From an uncultured Gammaproteobacteria bacterium (lineage in GTDB: Bacteria; Patescibacteriota; Microgenomatia; UBA12405): DNA of 64,000 bases. Both the position numbers and the translations under genes were made by a program. Below the pieces are notes generated by a model. The model was given only the letters and a program-made list of their open reading frames with translations, ran no database searches and was not told the origin of the DNA. This document shows, piece by piece, positions 7,516 through 18,677 of this stretch; position 1 is the first letter of the stretch, and every line of letters begins with the position of its first letter. The stretch spans positions 70,995 to 134,994 of the forward strand of contig CAZCYZ010000002.1 of assembly GCA_964503465.1 (NCBI GenBank), read 5' to 3'.

Positions 7516-8166
7516 ATGTCAGGGCATTCAAAGTGGGCTAATATTCAACATCGAAAAGGAATAGTGGACAAGAAAAGAAGTGAGGTGTTTACCAAGTTGG
7601 CGCGAAACATTTTGACGGCTTTGCGTCAGGGAAGTGATGTAGCTTTGCGATCGGCAATTGACAGGGCCAGGGAGGCCAATATGCCCAAAGAAAACATTGA
7701 GAGATTGCTGGCAAACTTTGAGCAAAGAAGAGCTAATTTGCAAACTTATTGGTTAGAGGGTTTTGGGGTTGGCGGAGTGGCAATAATGGTTGAAGTTGAG
7801 ACGGACAACAAGAATAGAATATTAACGGATGTAAGGTTAATTTTTCGCGATCATGGTGGAAATTTGGGGGAGGAGGGGAGTGTTGGATTTTTGTTTGATA
7901 AGCTAGTCGAGATTGAGGTGGAGGATTTATCGGATGAAAAACAGTTGGAACTAATTGACTTGGGAGTAAAGGAAATTGAGGGTAACAAATTTTGGGTGGA
8001 AACTGGAATGGAGGTGGGGAAGTTGGGGTTAAAGGTAGTTAGTTCACAAATAGTAATGAGGCCAAAGACTAAAATAAAAACTGGCTCTAGCCAGGAAGTT
8101 GATGATTTGGTATTAGCTTTGGAGGAAAATGATGAAGTGGTTAATGTTTATACTAATCAAGAATGA
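7516..8166 (+). CDS. yebC: YebC/PmpR family protein
   Basis: MSGHSKWANI, TDNKNR, NVYTN motifs. Confidence 0.95.
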   Translation: MSGHSKWANIQHRKGIVDKKRSEVFTKLARNILTALRQGSDVALRSAIDRAREANMPKENIERLLANFEQRRANLQTYWLEGFGVGGVAIMVEVETDNKNRILTDVRLIFRDHGGNLGEEGSVGFLFDKLVEIEVEDLSDEKQLELIDLGVKEIEGNKFWVETGMEVGKLGLKVVSSQIVMRPKTKIKTGSSQEVDDLVLALEENDEVVNVYTNQE

Positions 8167-8951
8167 ATATTAAGAGATTGCGGTACTTGGTTTCATCAAT
8201 AGCGGTGACGGCTGGATTTTATTTGTATTTGAACTTACCATACGAGATTAAATATTGGGGTTTAATGGTGGGGGTGGTGTTAATGGTTTTTTGTTTTTGG
8301 TTTGGTTTGGGGATTGTGTTTTCGGGTAGTTTTTATTTGAGATTGATGTCAATCTTGTTGCCAGTAGAGTTATTTGTTGGGTTAGGTCTGTTTATGGCTT
8401 TGTTGCCGTTGGGTTATTTCGGGATATTGATAGTCAGTTTGCTATTTGGGGCTTGGTGTTATGTAATTTTTTTGGTGGAGAATGTCTTTTTGGTATCGGT
8501 TGGTTATAAGCGGGTGCCATTATATCGGGCGGCCTATACGGTTAGCTTGGTAACATTATTACTTAATAGTTTTTTGGCTTTCAACAGCCTGTGGTCATTT
8601 AGATTACCTTTTTGGGCGAACTTTGTGATAACTTTTGTTATTGGGGTGGTGACTTTTTCTTATCAATTTTGGGCGGTGGCGATTGAACTGGCTGATGATG
8701 GAAAATCAAAAAACATTTGGGCCTATGTACTAATTCCGAGTCTGTTGTTGTCTCAATTGGCCTTAATATGGTCGTTTTGGCCTTTGGGTATTTTTCGGGG
8801 GTCAATTTATTTGGTGGCAGTGGTCTATATTCTTTGTAGCCTTCTCCAGGCTGATGTTCGAGAGAGGCTGTTTAAAAGGGTTTGGCAACAATATTTGTGG
8901 ATTGGAATGGCAACGGTGGTGGGATTATTAACCATGACTAAATGGCGATAA
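8163..8951 (+). CDS. Polytopic membrane protein
   Basis: About 9 hydrophobic segments; coupled to yebC by an ATGA overlap. Confidence 0.8.
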   Translation: MNIKRLRYLVSSIAVTAGFYLYLNLPYEIKYWGLMVGVVLMVFCFWFGLGIVFSGSFYLRLMSILLPVELFVGLGLFMALLPLGYFGILIVSLLFGAWCYVIFLVENVFLVSVGYKRVPLYRAAYTVSLVTLLLNSFLAFNSLWSFRLPFWANFVITFVIGVVTFSYQFWAVAIELADDGKSKNIWAYVLIPSLLLSQLALIWSFWPLGIFRGSIYLVAVVYILCSLLQADVRERLFKRVWQQYLWIGMATVVGLLTMTKWR

Positions 8952-9259
8952 AGGATTAGAAATTTTTTAGGTCGGTGTCGAAGTGGGGGAGAGGGGAAGG
9001 GCCTATAATATTATTATCCCATAATATCATATCTTTTCACGGAATGGCCTATAATTTTCACAGAATATATGATATAGTATGATATAGTCTCGGTGGATAA
9101 CTTAAGTTATGGCGGAAAGTAAGGAGAAGTGCTTGAGCAGGAGGGAGGATACCGATTGGTAGACAATTGTCAGTAAGAAATAAGAACGTCCGGCGATATG
9201 AGTAAAGAGAGTGGTTTGAGTAAGTCTTGTTCCCTAGTTGGGAGGCTCTCCAAATTAAT

Positions 9260-9287
9260 ATGTCGTACAATGTATCTTTTACGACGT
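9260..9287. promoter_or_regulatory. dif-like Xer recombination site
   Basis: ATGTCGTACAA-TGTATC-TTTTACGACGT: 11-6-11 layout, 9/11 palindromic, spacer close to the dif spacer TGTATA, ~290 bp upstream of xer. Confidence 0.75.
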
Positions 9288-9580
9288 AATCTGAAATAGA
9301 GTGGTGGGGAAGAGGCCAAAAATTAATTTTTAATTTATAATTTCCAATTTTTAACTTATCAAGATAAGAATAATGGTTGGTTTATTTTGTGAATATTGGG
9401 TGCTTTTCCCTAGTTGAGGATCCAGAGGTCTTTTTTTGATTTTTAGCTTTGGAAGTCTTCTCTCGGATGGAGTTTAGAGGGGAATGACTTGAATATGCGT
9501 AAAGATAGGAATAAAATTCATATGACTTTACTAGAGGCTCTAGGAACAATGATTTTTGAATTAGGGTGTTAAGATTAGAT

Positions 9581-10510
9581 ATGACATTGGATTTATCGAC
9601 TTGGAAACTAAGGTTCTTGGAACATCTGGAGATCGAAAGGAATTGTTCCCGGCTAACTGTCAGGAATTATGACCACTACTTGACTCAATTGGAAAATTTT
9701 TTGAAGACTGGAGGGAAAGCGAATCCAAGTGTGGATGATATTACTCAGGATAGTGTTCGGGGGTTTAGGTTGGCTCTAGCCCGAAGACCGGGAATACATG
9801 GTGAGATGAAAGCAGTAACTCAGGCATATTATGTAATTGCCCTGCGGTCGTTTCTAAAGTGGTTAATTAAAAACGACGTAGAAGTATTGCAACCGGAGAA
9901 ACTAGATGTACCGAAATCAAAATCACATTCATTGAAATTTTTGGATGGTGATCAGGTGGAAAGATTGTTAAACCAACCTTTGTCGTCTTTGGGCGGTGAC
10001 AGGGATAAAGCGATTTTGGAGCTTTTGTTTTCCACTGGTTTGCGGGTGTCGGAACTGGTGGCCCTCAATCGGGAGCAAATTAACTTGGAGACTCGGGAAT
10101 TTGGAATTGTGGGTAAGGGTGGGCGGTCAAGAATAGTATTTATATCGAAAAGAGCGGCCAAAAGTTTAGATAAATATCTTAAAAGCAGATTAGACAAATA
10201 TCGGCCATTATTTGTTCGTCAATTAAGGAAAACTGAAATAACAGCCGATGATGAAAAAGTAAGACTGACGACCAGGTCGGTTCAAAGGTTGGTAAAGAAA
10301 TATGTCGGGAAAGCGAGACTACCGGTTGGGGCAACTCCACACACATTGCGTCATTCGATGGCGACCGATCTACTTCGGTCGGGAGCTGATTTAAGGTCAG
10401 TTCAGGAAATATTAGGACACAAAAACATTGCCACAACTCAAATTTATACCCATATTACTAATGCCAGATTACGTGAGGTTCATGAAAAATATCATAAAGG
10501 GAATAGATAA
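9581..10510 (+). CDS. XerC/D-family tyrosine recombinase
   Basis: TGLRVSEL, GKG, HTLRH, LGH and TTQIY catalytic motifs plus a SAM-like N-terminal domain. Confidence 0.95.
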   Translation: MTLDLSTWKLRFLEHLEIERNCSRLTVRNYDHYLTQLENFLKTGGKANPSVDDITQDSVRGFRLALARRPGIHGEMKAVTQAYYVIALRSFLKWLIKNDVEVLQPEKLDVPKSKSHSLKFLDGDQVERLLNQPLSSLGGDRDKAILELLFSTGLRVSELVALNREQINLETREFGIVGKGGRSRIVFISKRAAKSLDKYLKSRLDKYRPLFVRQLRKTEITADDEKVRLTTRSVQRLVKKYVGKARLPVGATPHTLRHSMATDLLRSGADLRSVQEILGHKNIATTQIYTHITNARLREVHEKYHKGNR

Positions 10511-11267
10511 GTATCTATCTTATATTTATTAGCCTTTGGGTGGGTTATTTTTTGGTGACTGTCCCCTCCCCTGCCCTTTTGTTAACTTGGTAAGATCTTA
10601 TACCTGGGGTAAGTATCCGATATTAGTGTATTTAATGGCTACATTTTTTAACAGACTAAGTTTGGTGTTAATTTTATACAGGATTAGGTGATTCGAGTAT
10701 TATTTGGGTGGGATAGAAAGATGTAAGGATCGTGTTTTCTCGTTCTATATATATTGATATATATCATTTACAGTATCATTTTAATAACGGTAAACGATAG
10801 TAAGAGGAGATGTTTTGTGGTGTTGTGTATTCATATGGGATATGTAATGGGTTGGGTAAGCAACTCGGCAGGACATAACTTTGGCGGTGTGGTGGTGTTT
10901 GTTAATAATAATAATATGGGTTTTATTATATAGGATACATGTTGAAAGTAACAAGAAATTGCTGGTAATGAGTGAGGTAGGATGTTTAGATGTTATCTTG
11001 TAGTGTGTTAATAAATGTCTTTATTATTTTGAGGCGATTGATGACAGTCTGGGGGATGGTCAACTAAAGAAAATAATGATTTATCCTGTAGTATTAAGGG
11101 TTTTTGGGAGGCTATTGGGAGTTTTAATTAGTAGGATATGGAATATATTTTTGCTTAAATAAGCCTTAAAATGTGGGAAAATCAAAAACATAGCTGAAGT
11201 TAGCAGTACATATTGGAGACTGATAAGTGGGTCAATTATTATAGGTGAGTCCTATAGTATCGTTAGT

Positions 11268-13865
11268 TTATGTTTCAGTTTGTTTTTCCAAAACGGTCAT
11301 GGTGGCTAGACGATCATCATCAGATTTGAAGCGCATAAGAATAACACCTTTGGTGTTACGGCTAAGAATAGGAATATTCTTTAGTGGGAGCTTAATAGTG
11401 ACGGCTCTTTTGGAGGTGAGGATTACTTGATCGTGGATGTCGGAAACTACCCTGGCGGCGGCAACTGGGCCGGTTTTGTTGTTGATGTTGGCTACTTTAA
11501 CACCAATACCACCACGTTTTTGGATGGGGTAAAGGTAGACATTCGATCTTTTACCAACACCGCCTTGGGTAACTACTAGAAGATGACGAAAATCCCCTTT
11601 TTGGGCAGCAGCGGGTAGGACTTCAAGGCTAACCAGCTTGTCACCCTCCTTAAGGAGGATCCCCCGAACCCCACGGGTATGTCGACCCATGGGACGACAG
11701 TCATGTTCGTCGAAACGGATACACTTACCGTTGTGGCTGACCAAAAAGACGTGGTCTTCGCCAGTAGTTAACTTTGCCCAGGCCAGTTGGTCACCTTGAT
11801 CAAGCTTAATGGCTGTTAGACCGTTTTGGCGGATGTTTTTGAATTTTTCGATACTAGTTTTTTTAATAGTGCCATTAACAGTGGCTAGTAATATAAACTT
11901 GGAGATTTGGTTTTTGGCAATAGGCAGGACTGCTTGGACGGTTTCACCTTGAATAATGTTGATAAGATTGATCAGAGCCTGACCTTTAGATTGGCGTGAA
12001 CTTTCGGGTAGATCCCAGACTTTGGTTTTGAAAACACGACCGCGATTGGTAAAATAAAGGAGATCGTCGTGAGTGTCGACTGAGAGCATGTTCTCGATTT
12101 CATCTTCCTGTTTGGTGGCCATGCCGACAACTCCAACACCCCCACGTTTCTGGCTACGATAGGTATCGCGGGCAACACGCTTAATGTAGCCGTTTTGAGT
12201 AATAGTTACCAGAGTCGGTTCATTGGGAATAAGATCTTCATCGCTGAGAGTTTCTAGGCCTTTAATGTAAATTTTAGTACGTCGATTGTCACCGAACTTG
12301 TCCTTGGTGTCTTGATTCTCTTTTTTGAGAACAGCGACCATTTTTTCGGGGACGGTAATGATGGCAGTTAGATCGTTAATGGTTTGTTGAACAGATTGGT
12401 ATTCATCTTCAATTTTTTGACGTTCAAGGGCGGCCAGGCGTCGGAGTTGCATTTCAAGAATGGCATTGGCTTGAAGATCAGTTAAATTGAATTTTTTAAT
12501 AAGATTGTCCCGTGCGGCATCGGCGGTTTCGGATTGACGAATGGTTTTAATGACTTCATCAAGGTTGTCAAGGGCAATTTTGAGACCTTCCAGGATATGG
12601 GAGCGAAGATAGGCGGCTTTGAGATCAAAGATAGTTCGACGACGGACAATGTTTTCCCGGTGACGGAGGAAGAGTAGTAATAATTGACGTAAGTTAAGTG
12701 TCTGGGGAATACCATTAACCAGAGCCAGAATATTGGCCGAATAGGATGATTGGAGAGCAGTGTATTTGTAGAGCTTGTTAAGGATTGATTTTGGTTTACC
12801 GTTTTTCTTAATTTCGACCACGACCCGGATACCGTGACGATCGGATTCGTCGCGAAGGTCGGCAATACCAATAATTTTTTTGTCACGAACCAGATCGGCA
12901 ATTTTCTTGACTAACTCGGCCTTGTTGACCTGATAGGGTAGTTCGGAAATGATAATTCTGATTTTGCCTGATTTGGTTTCTTCAATGTTGGTCTTACCTC
13001 GGACCGAGAATTTGCCCCGGCCGGTGTTGTACATTTCTATGATGCCTGATTTACCATAAATTTCGCCAGCGGTGGGAAAGTCAGGACCGGTAACAAATTT
13101 AGTCAGGTCCTCAATGGTAGCGTTGCTTTCAAGGTTAAACTTTTGAAGGGCAAGATCGTAGACAGGTTTTATGATTCGATCAATGGTGTTTTTGGGGACA
13201 ATTGGTTTGATATTAAGTGACGGTGGAAGGAGTTCGAGGTGGCTTTTGTCCAACAGACAATCAATAGCTTGGCAAACCTCATTGAGGTTGTGAGGTGGAA
13301 TACGAGTGGCCATACCAACAGCAATGCCGTCGGCGCCATTGAGGATTAGGTTGGGTATGCGAGTAGGAAGGACAGTTGGTTCAAGTGAGGTGGCGTCGTA
13401 GTTGTCAACCATGTCAACAGTTTCTTTGTCAATATCGGCTACTAATTCGGGCGTCAGTTTACTCATCCGAACTTCGGTGTACCTCATGGCGGCTGGAGGG
13501 TCGCCGTCAATACTACCAAAGTTTCCTTGGCCGGAAACTAAGGGGTAACGAAGGGAAAAGTCTTGGGCTAAACGAACCAGGGTGGAATAAAGGGCCATGT
13601 CGCCATGAGGGTGAAGAGTTTTCATGACGTCACCAACAACAGCGGCTGATTTGACGTTTTTGCCTCCGGGGGTAAGTCCCATTTTTTCCATGGTGTAGAT
13701 GATACGGCGATGAACTGGCTTGAGACCGTCACGGACGTCGGGTAGGGCCCGAGCGACGATAACCGACATGGCATAGTCAAGGTAGGATCTCTCCATTTCC
13801 GGGACAATGTCGACTGGAAGAATTTTACCGATGGGATTGTTAGATTTGGTTATTTCGTCTGGCAT
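11268..13865 (-). CDS. gyrA: DNA gyrase subunit A
   Basis: AAMRYTE catalytic motif, GyrA box QKRGGVG, pinwheel repeats. Confidence 0.98.
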   Translation of the reverse strand: MPDEITKSNNPIGKILPVDIVPEMERSYLDYAMSVIVARALPDVRDGLKPVHRRIIYTMEKMGLTPGGKNVKSAAVVGDVMKTLHPHGDMALYSTLVRLAQDFSLRYPLVSGQGNFGSIDGDPPAAMRYTEVRMSKLTPELVADIDKETVDMVDNYDATSLEPTVLPTRIPNLILNGADGIAVGMATRIPPHNLNEVCQAIDCLLDKSHLELLPPSLNIKPIVPKNTIDRIIKPVYDLALQKFNLESNATIEDLTKFVTGPDFPTAGEIYGKSGIIEMYNTGRGKFSVRGKTNIEETKSGKIRIIISELPYQVNKAELVKKIADLVRDKKIIGIADLRDESDRHGIRVVVEIKKNGKPKSILNKLYKYTALQSSYSANILALVNGIPQTLNLRQLLLLFLRHRENIVRRRTIFDLKAAYLRSHILEGLKIALDNLDEVIKTIRQSETADAARDNLIKKFNLTDLQANAILEMQLRRLAALERQKIEDEYQSVQQTINDLTAIITVPEKMVAVLKKENQDTKDKFGDNRRTKIYIKGLETLSDEDLIPNEPTLVTITQNGYIKRVARDTYRSQKRGGVGVVGMATKQEDEIENMLSVDTHDDLLYFTNRGRVFKTKVWDLPESSRQSKGQALINLINIIQGETVQAVLPIAKNQISKFILLATVNGTIKKTSIEKFKNIRQNGLTAIKLDQGDQLAWAKLTTGEDHVFLVSHNGKCIRFDEHDCRPMGRHTRGVRGILLKEGDKLVSLEVLPAAAQKGDFRHLLVVTQGGVGKRSNVYLYPIQKRGGIGVKVANINNKTGPVAAARVVSDIHDQVILTSKRAVTIKLPLKNIPILSRNTKGVILMRFKSDDDRLATMTVLEKQTET

Positions 13866-13866
13866 A

Positions 13867-15813
13867 TTAAATATCCAAATTGGCTAAATGGGCGTGGGTG
13901 ACGATGAACTTTTTTCGAGGTGGGACGTCTTCGCTCATTAAAATTCTAAAAGTTTCGTCGGCTTTTTGAGCATCAGCAATAGTGACTTTTTTGAGAACCC
14001 GAGTATCGGGGTTCATGGTGGTTTCCCAAAGCTGTTCCGGATTCATTTCCCCCAAACCTTTGTAACGTTGAACAGAGATTTTGGTGTCGGGAGGGATTTG
14101 GAGTAAAATTTTTTCCTTTTCTTCGTCGGTATAAGCGTAACTAATATTCTTGCCATTTTTGATGGCGTACAGAGGCGGCATGGCAATAAAGACATGACCA
14201 TTTTCGACAGTGTAGGATAGGTGGCGATATAGAAGTGTTAACCAAAGGGTGTTGATATGAGAACCGTCGACATCAGCGTCGGCCATGAGAATGATGCGAT
14301 GATAGCGAAGTTTGGCAGGGTCAAGAGTCTCCCCTATTCCCATCCCTAAGGCAATAATTAGGTCCTTAAACTTTTCAGATTGAACAATCTTGTCAAGACG
14401 CATACCTTCGGTGTTTAGACCTTTGCCCCAGAGGGGTAAAATGGCCTGATATTTACGGTCACGAGCTTGTTTGGCACTACCTCCAGCTGAATCACCTTCA
14501 ACAACAAAGATTTCGCAGTCAGCGGGGTTGCGGGATTGACAATCAGCTAATTTACCCGGAAGTCCCAGTGATTCAAAGATACCCTTGCGCATAATGGCGT
14601 CTTTGGCGGCTTTGGCGGCTTTGCGAATTTGAATGGCGAGAACAGCTTTGCCAACAATAGCTTTGGCAACATCGGGATGTTCTTCAAAATAAATATCAAG
14701 TTCATTTTTGACTAGCTGGGAAACAATGGGTTGGACTTCGGAATTGCCAAGCTTACCTTTAGTTTGACCTTCAAATTGGAGGTTCTTGGAAGGCATTTTG
14801 AGGGAAATGACGGCGGTTAAGCCTTCACGAACATCGTCACCGGTGATTGAATCGTCTTTGCCTTTGAGGAGTTCCTTGCGATCGGCATAGTCTTTGATAA
14901 CTTTAGTTAGTGCCGTTTTGAAACCGGATAAGTGGGTACCACCCTCATGAGTGTTGATGATATTGACAAAAGATGGGGTATTTTCCTGGAAGGAGTCGTT
15001 GTATTGGATGGCAACTTCGACATCGATGTTGTTGGCATCGTCTTTACCGTGGATGTATATTGGAGGATGGACAACAGTTTTGTTCTTGTTTAGCTCTGAG
15101 AGAAGGGACAAGATTCCACCCTCAAAATAATAGTGGCGTTCTAGTTCTTGGCGTTGGTCGTAAAAGTGGAAATATAGTTTACTGGTGAGATAAGCCCGAT
15201 CTTTGAGTGACTTAATAATTTCTTTGGAGTCAAACTCAAGGGTTTCCTTAAAGATCTCTGGATCGGGCCAAAAGGTAACGGTGGTACCAGTTAGGCCCGG
15301 GGGAATGATATTTTTTAAAGCTTCAATTTTGGTTTCGGGGATGGTGGTAAGTTTAGTTTTGGTTTTACCTTGAACAAAGTCGATAAAATGGATTTTGTTG
15401 TCTCGACGAATTTCAATTTGGTAGAGGATTGAGAGGGCGTTGACGCAAGTGGTGCCAACACCGTGTAAACCGCCGGAAACTTTGTAGGCGGCACCTTCGA
15501 ATTTGCCACCGGAATGAAGGGTGGTCATGATAACTTCAACGGCTGGTTTACCGTATTTTTCCATGGTGTCAATGGGAATACCGCGGCCATCATCGGCAAC
15601 AGTAATAGAGTTGTCGGGATGGACGATGACCCAAATGTTTTTGGCAAAACCGGCCAGGGCTTCGTCGATAGAGTTGTCAACAACTTCAGCCAAACAGTGA
15701 TGTAATCCCCTGGCATCGGTGGAACCGATGTACATGGCAGGTCGCTTGCGGACAGGCTCAAGCCCTTCGAGGACGACGATCTGTTCGGATGTATATTTTT
15801 GGGAAGGATTCAC
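13867..15813 (-). CDS. gyrB: DNA gyrase subunit B
   Basis: [39 protein letters not shown]. Confidence 0.98.
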   Translation of the reverse strand: MNPSQKYTSEQIVVLEGLEPVRKRPAMYIGSTDARGLHHCLAEVVDNSIDEALAGFAKNIWVIVHPDNSITVADDGRGIPIDTMEKYGKPAVEVIMTTLHSGGKFEGAAYKVSGGLHGVGTTCVNALSILYQIEIRRDNKIHFIDFVQGKTKTKLTTIPETKIEALKNIIPPGLTGTTVTFWPDPEIFKETLEFDSKEIIKSLKDRAYLTSKLYFHFYDQRQELERHYYFEGGILSLLSELNKNKTVVHPPIYIHGKDDANNIDVEVAIQYNDSFQENTPSFVNIINTHEGGTHLSGFKTALTKVIKDYADRKELLKGKDDSITGDDVREGLTAVISLKMPSKNLQFEGQTKGKLGNSEVQPIVSQLVKNELDIYFEEHPDVAKAIVGKAVLAIQIRKAAKAAKDAIMRKGIFESLGLPGKLADCQSRNPADCEIFVVEGDSAGGSAKQARDRKYQAILPLWGKGLNTEGMRLDKIVQSEKFKDLIIALGMGIGETLDPAKLRYHRIILMADADVDGSHINTLWLTLLYRHLSYTVENGHVFIAMPPLYAIKNGKNISYAYTDEEKEKILLQIPPDTKISVQRYKGLGEMNPEQLWETTMNPDTRVLKKVTIADAQKADETFRILMSEDVPPRKKFIVTHAHLANLDI

Positions 15814-15883
15814 GTAACTTAATTGTATCAGGCCAATTTAGCTTTACAAGGGGCAAAATACTCGGAAAGATAGGTATTTTTTG

Positions 15884-15911
15884 TGGTAACAAACTGGATC
15901 AAAAGGGATCA
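15884..15911 (+). repeat. 28-bp direct repeat, copy 1
   Basis: TGGTAACAAACTGGATCAAAAGGGATCA, identical to 16438-16465. Confidence 0.95.
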
Positions 15912-15944
15912 ACATTCCTGTTCTTTTTGGTCTAACTACAGGTG

Positions 15945-16391
15945 TTATCGTAACTTATGTCTTAGAGTTTCAATACCAGCATGAATAACAGGCGAGGTTC
16001 TTTCACCTTTTGTGGCTATCCAGACTCTTGCTCTACGAGGTAGTGAATCTAGGTCTCTGCAAATATACACAGTGTCATCACATACTGTAATACTTCCCTC
16101 CTCGTCTCTGGCAAAACGTGCCAAGGGGCTGTTTGGGTGAATTTCTCGGTCAGTTGGAATCATGTCGGCCTCTTGGGTAGAACGACAGTGATTTTGTCGT
16201 CGTTGAGGGTCACTTATCGGTTTACCATCCCAATCGCGGCTTCCTCTTTCGGCGGTGATCTCCGTAACTATAACGTTAGCAGCATCTCGTAGTTCTTCAG
16301 CTGTGGCTTGTCTTCGGGCGATGGTTTTGATGGCCTTGGCTAACTGTGGTGGCTGAGTGATAGTCTTAATATCTTTTGGTCGAAAGAACAT
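15945..16391 (-). CDS. Orphan hypothetical protein inside a direct-repeat-bounded cassette
   Basis: 148-aa ORF; upstream TATAAT at 16418-16423; no motif recognised. Confidence 0.7.
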   Translation of the reverse strand: MFFRPKDIKTITQPPQLAKAIKTIARRQATAEELRDAANVIVTEITAERGSRDWDGKPISDPQRRQNHCRSTQEADMIPTDREIHPNSPLARFARDEEGSITVCDDTVYICRDLDSLPRRARVWIATKGERTSPVIHAGIETLRHKLR

Positions 16392-16437
16392 TGAGCGTTA
16401 GAATTACTATAGGTTGGATTATAACATTTTCGATACT

Positions 16438-16465
16438 TGGTAACAAACTGGATCAAAAGGGATCA
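16438..16465 (+). repeat. 28-bp direct repeat, copy 2
   Basis: Identical to 15884-15911; includes the stop codon of the TrmH-family gene. Confidence 0.95.
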
Positions 16466-16993
16466 GGAGAGTTGAGAAATTAGGTGGTAGGATAGGATAG
16501 ATGTGGCGACGAGGACGTTAAGAGATTTGTTGATGCCATACATAGGGATGTCGACGTAACTGTCACAAAGTTTGAGGGCTGACTCCCCTACCCCGTTGGT
16601 TTCGCTGCCAACAACAACGGCTAGGGGAAATTTGTATTTGGTTTTTAAATAATTAGTACTTTGAGGAGTTTGTTCGCAGGCGATTAGGTGATAACCCTGT
16701 CTTTTGAGTTCTCTAAGGCAATCAGTGGTGTGGTGATAATGTTGCCAGTCAACAAATTTCCAAGTACCGATTGAGGCTCGATGAATTTTAATATTGGGCG
16801 GGGTAACCACTTCACCACAGAGGCAAATTTTTTCAGCAGCGATAGCGTCGGCAAGGCGGAAAAATGAGCCAACGTTATAGGTATCAAGAACGTTGTCGAG
16901 GACCAGAACAATAGGATGGCGTTTGATAGTGGCAGACATTTTTTGTGAGTCCCCTACCCTACTTTTTCTGAGCTGGTGTGAATTGAGTTTCAT
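16463..16993 (-). CDS. TrmH/SpoU RNA methyltransferase
   Basis: LDNV...NVGSFFR, VVGSETNGV, IPMYG..KSLNV. Confidence 0.93.
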   Translation of the reverse strand: MKLNSHQLRKSRVGDSQKMSATIKRHPIVLVLDNVLDTYNVGSFFRLADAIAAEKICLCGEVVTPPNIKIHRASIGTWKFVDWQHYHHTTDCLRELKRQGYHLIACEQTPQSTNYLKTKYKFPLAVVVGSETNGVGESALKLCDSYVDIPMYGINKSLNVLVATSILSYHLISQLS

Positions 16994-17634
16994 ATTTTTT
17001 TACCTATGAACTCAATTAGATTGGTAATACCCTTAGCTTGATCTTTGTAGCTAGTGCCGTAATCGTCCAGTAATAGAATCTGGTATTGTTCGACGAGGGG
17101 TTTGAGGGATTCGAGGGAAAAGTATCTTTTGGCTATGCCATTTGGGTCTTGGTAAAAATCTTTTTCTATTAGTTGATAGTCTTTGATTTCTGGATCTTTG
17201 AGATTGTTAAGGAGAATAGCCAATACGCCGTCCTTTTTTAGGACACGGTAAATTTCACTAAATATGCTGTGGGTGATTTGCGAGTTAAAGAAATGGAGAC
17301 TTTGACTGGCAAAGACGACATCAAAACTAGAATCAGCGAAGAGAAAGGTGTCGGTTAAGTTGTGAATCATGAAATTAACTTTGTTAGATTTTGGATTTTG
17401 GTGGGCAAAGGTTAGGCCGGCTTGGGATATTTCGGTGGCGACCACATTATGTCCCAAACTCGAAAAGTAAACACTATCGTTTCCGTTGCCACAACCTAGT
17501 TCAAGTATCGATGATTTTTTCGGGAAAAATTTACTGGCTTTTTGGGCGAAAAAATTTGGTTTGGTTGACCATGATTCCTGTTGGTAGCCGGTTAATTTTT
17601 TATTCCAATAATTGACGGGGTCAATAGTACTCAT
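16990..17634 (-). CDS. Class I SAM-dependent methyltransferase
   Basis: ILELGCGNG, SFDVV, RVLKKDG. Confidence 0.92.
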   Translation of the reverse strand: MSTIDPVNYWNKKLTGYQQESWSTKPNFFAQKASKFFPKKSSILELGCGNGNDSVYFSSLGHNVVATEISQAGLTFAHQNPKSNKVNFMIHNLTDTFLFADSSFDVVFASQSLHFFNSQITHSIFSEIYRVLKKDGVLAILLNNLKDPEIKDYQLIEKDFYQDPNGIAKRYFSLESLKPLVEQYQILLLDDYGTSYKDQAKGITNLIEFIGKKI

Positions 17635-17650
17635 AGCTTAGTATTTTATC

Positions 17651-17684
17651 AAAAATACCCCGCAGATGCGGGGTATTTATTTTT
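17651..17684. terminator. Intrinsic (bidirectional-looking) terminator
   Basis: AAATACCCCGC-AGAT-GCGGGGTATTT flanked by A and T tracts. Confidence 0.85.
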
Positions 17685-17695
17685 ACATAAAAATT

Positions 17696-18661
17696 TTAGC
17701 AACCACCGGCGGCGGGAGCAGCCTGTTGAAGTTCGGGGAGAACGGTGTTGCACTCTTTGGGAGCTTTGTCAAAGGAGCCGCAGATGGCTTCTTTGAGGGC
17801 GTCGGGGGTGCGGAATTTATCTTGGGAGATAATTTTCTTACCGATTTTTAAACTCCCTTTACCATCTTGAGCGTAGGCTTTTTCGGGGGGAAAATCAACA
17901 CCATTGACAAGCAAGGTGGGTGAACCCGAGACGTTGTACTTGGAAGTTTGGGCGATTTCTTTCTCAATTAAACCAATAGCTTCTTTGTTGAAACATTCGG
18001 TAATTTTGATGGTGTCGAGACCAGCTCTTTTGGCCTGGGCCTCCCAACAGTTGTCAACGTTTTGAGCAGTGCAACTTTTGTTGACATTGTCAATAAAAGT
18101 CCACCAAATCTTTTTGTCATCAGTTTGGTTCCAGGCGCAGATTTCGCGGACATCTTGGTTGGCCTCTGATCGTCCATGAAGTGAGGAGTAATAGACGTTG
18201 TTGGCCTTAATGTAGGATTTTTCGTCAAGACAAGTGGCCAGGTTTTTGGCGATGGTTTGTTTACATTCGGCCTCGGTGGTGAAGTACTTGTTTTGGACAT
18301 AGGTGGCACATTGAGCTGGATCACCAGATCTGGCTTTGCAGGACGAATTGAGATCGGTAATTTTTTCAAAAATGTATTGGGGACGGATGTCGGCCTTGCT
18401 ACCAAGAAGATCGACAACTGGCTTGAGAACATCCTCAATTTGATTACCGTAGGGGCAGAAACTCATGACAAAGAATTGGAGGGTAGGTTTGGCACTTTTG
18501 CTGGCAGCGAAGACGATGGCACTAGAGTCGTTAGTGGTGGTGGTTGGATTGTTGGTTCGGGTTTTGTTCCAGGCGGAGAAGGAAAAGAATAGTGACAGTA
18601 GTAAAAGTCCAGAATAAAGGATAGCGACGGGAGTAGTGACTTTAAATGTTTTTGAGGTCAT
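17696..18661 (-). CDS. Exported Cys-rich thioredoxin-fold (DsbA/GILT-like) protein
   Basis: TM anchor, FFVMSFCPYG, SLHG..E, VSGSPTLLVNG. Confidence 0.75.
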   Translation of the reverse strand: MTSKTFKVTTPVAILYSGLLLLSLFFSFSAWNKTRTNNPTTTTNDSSAIVFAASKSAKPTLQFFVMSFCPYGNQIEDVLKPVVDLLGSKADIRPQYIFEKITDLNSSCKARSGDPAQCATYVQNKYFTTEAECKQTIAKNLATCLDEKSYIKANNVYYSSLHGRSEANQDVREICAWNQTDDKKIWWTFIDNVNKSCTAQNVDNCWEAQAKRAGLDTIKITECFNKEAIGLIEKEIAQTSKYNVSGSPTLLVNGVDFPPEKAYAQDGKGSLKIGKKIISQDKFRTPDALKEAICGSFDKAPKECNTVLPELQQAAPAAGGC

Positions 18662-18677
18662 GAGTGAAATTTAATAA

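Noticed and set aside
9230-9416. 11-bp direct repeat TTCCCTAGTTG on either side of the dif-like site
   Set aside because: Short, asymmetrically placed and only two copies; cannot be distinguished from chance.
8952-9580. Possible replication origin or 70-aa ORF in the spacer before xer
   Set aside because: Only one near-DnaA box (TTATCCACC on the minus strand near 9092-9100), no skew switch seen, and the ORF has no coding features.
10806-10821. 16-bp match to the reverse complement of 63983-63998
   Set aside because: About one such match is expected by chance in 64 kb of biased sequence, and it does not extend.
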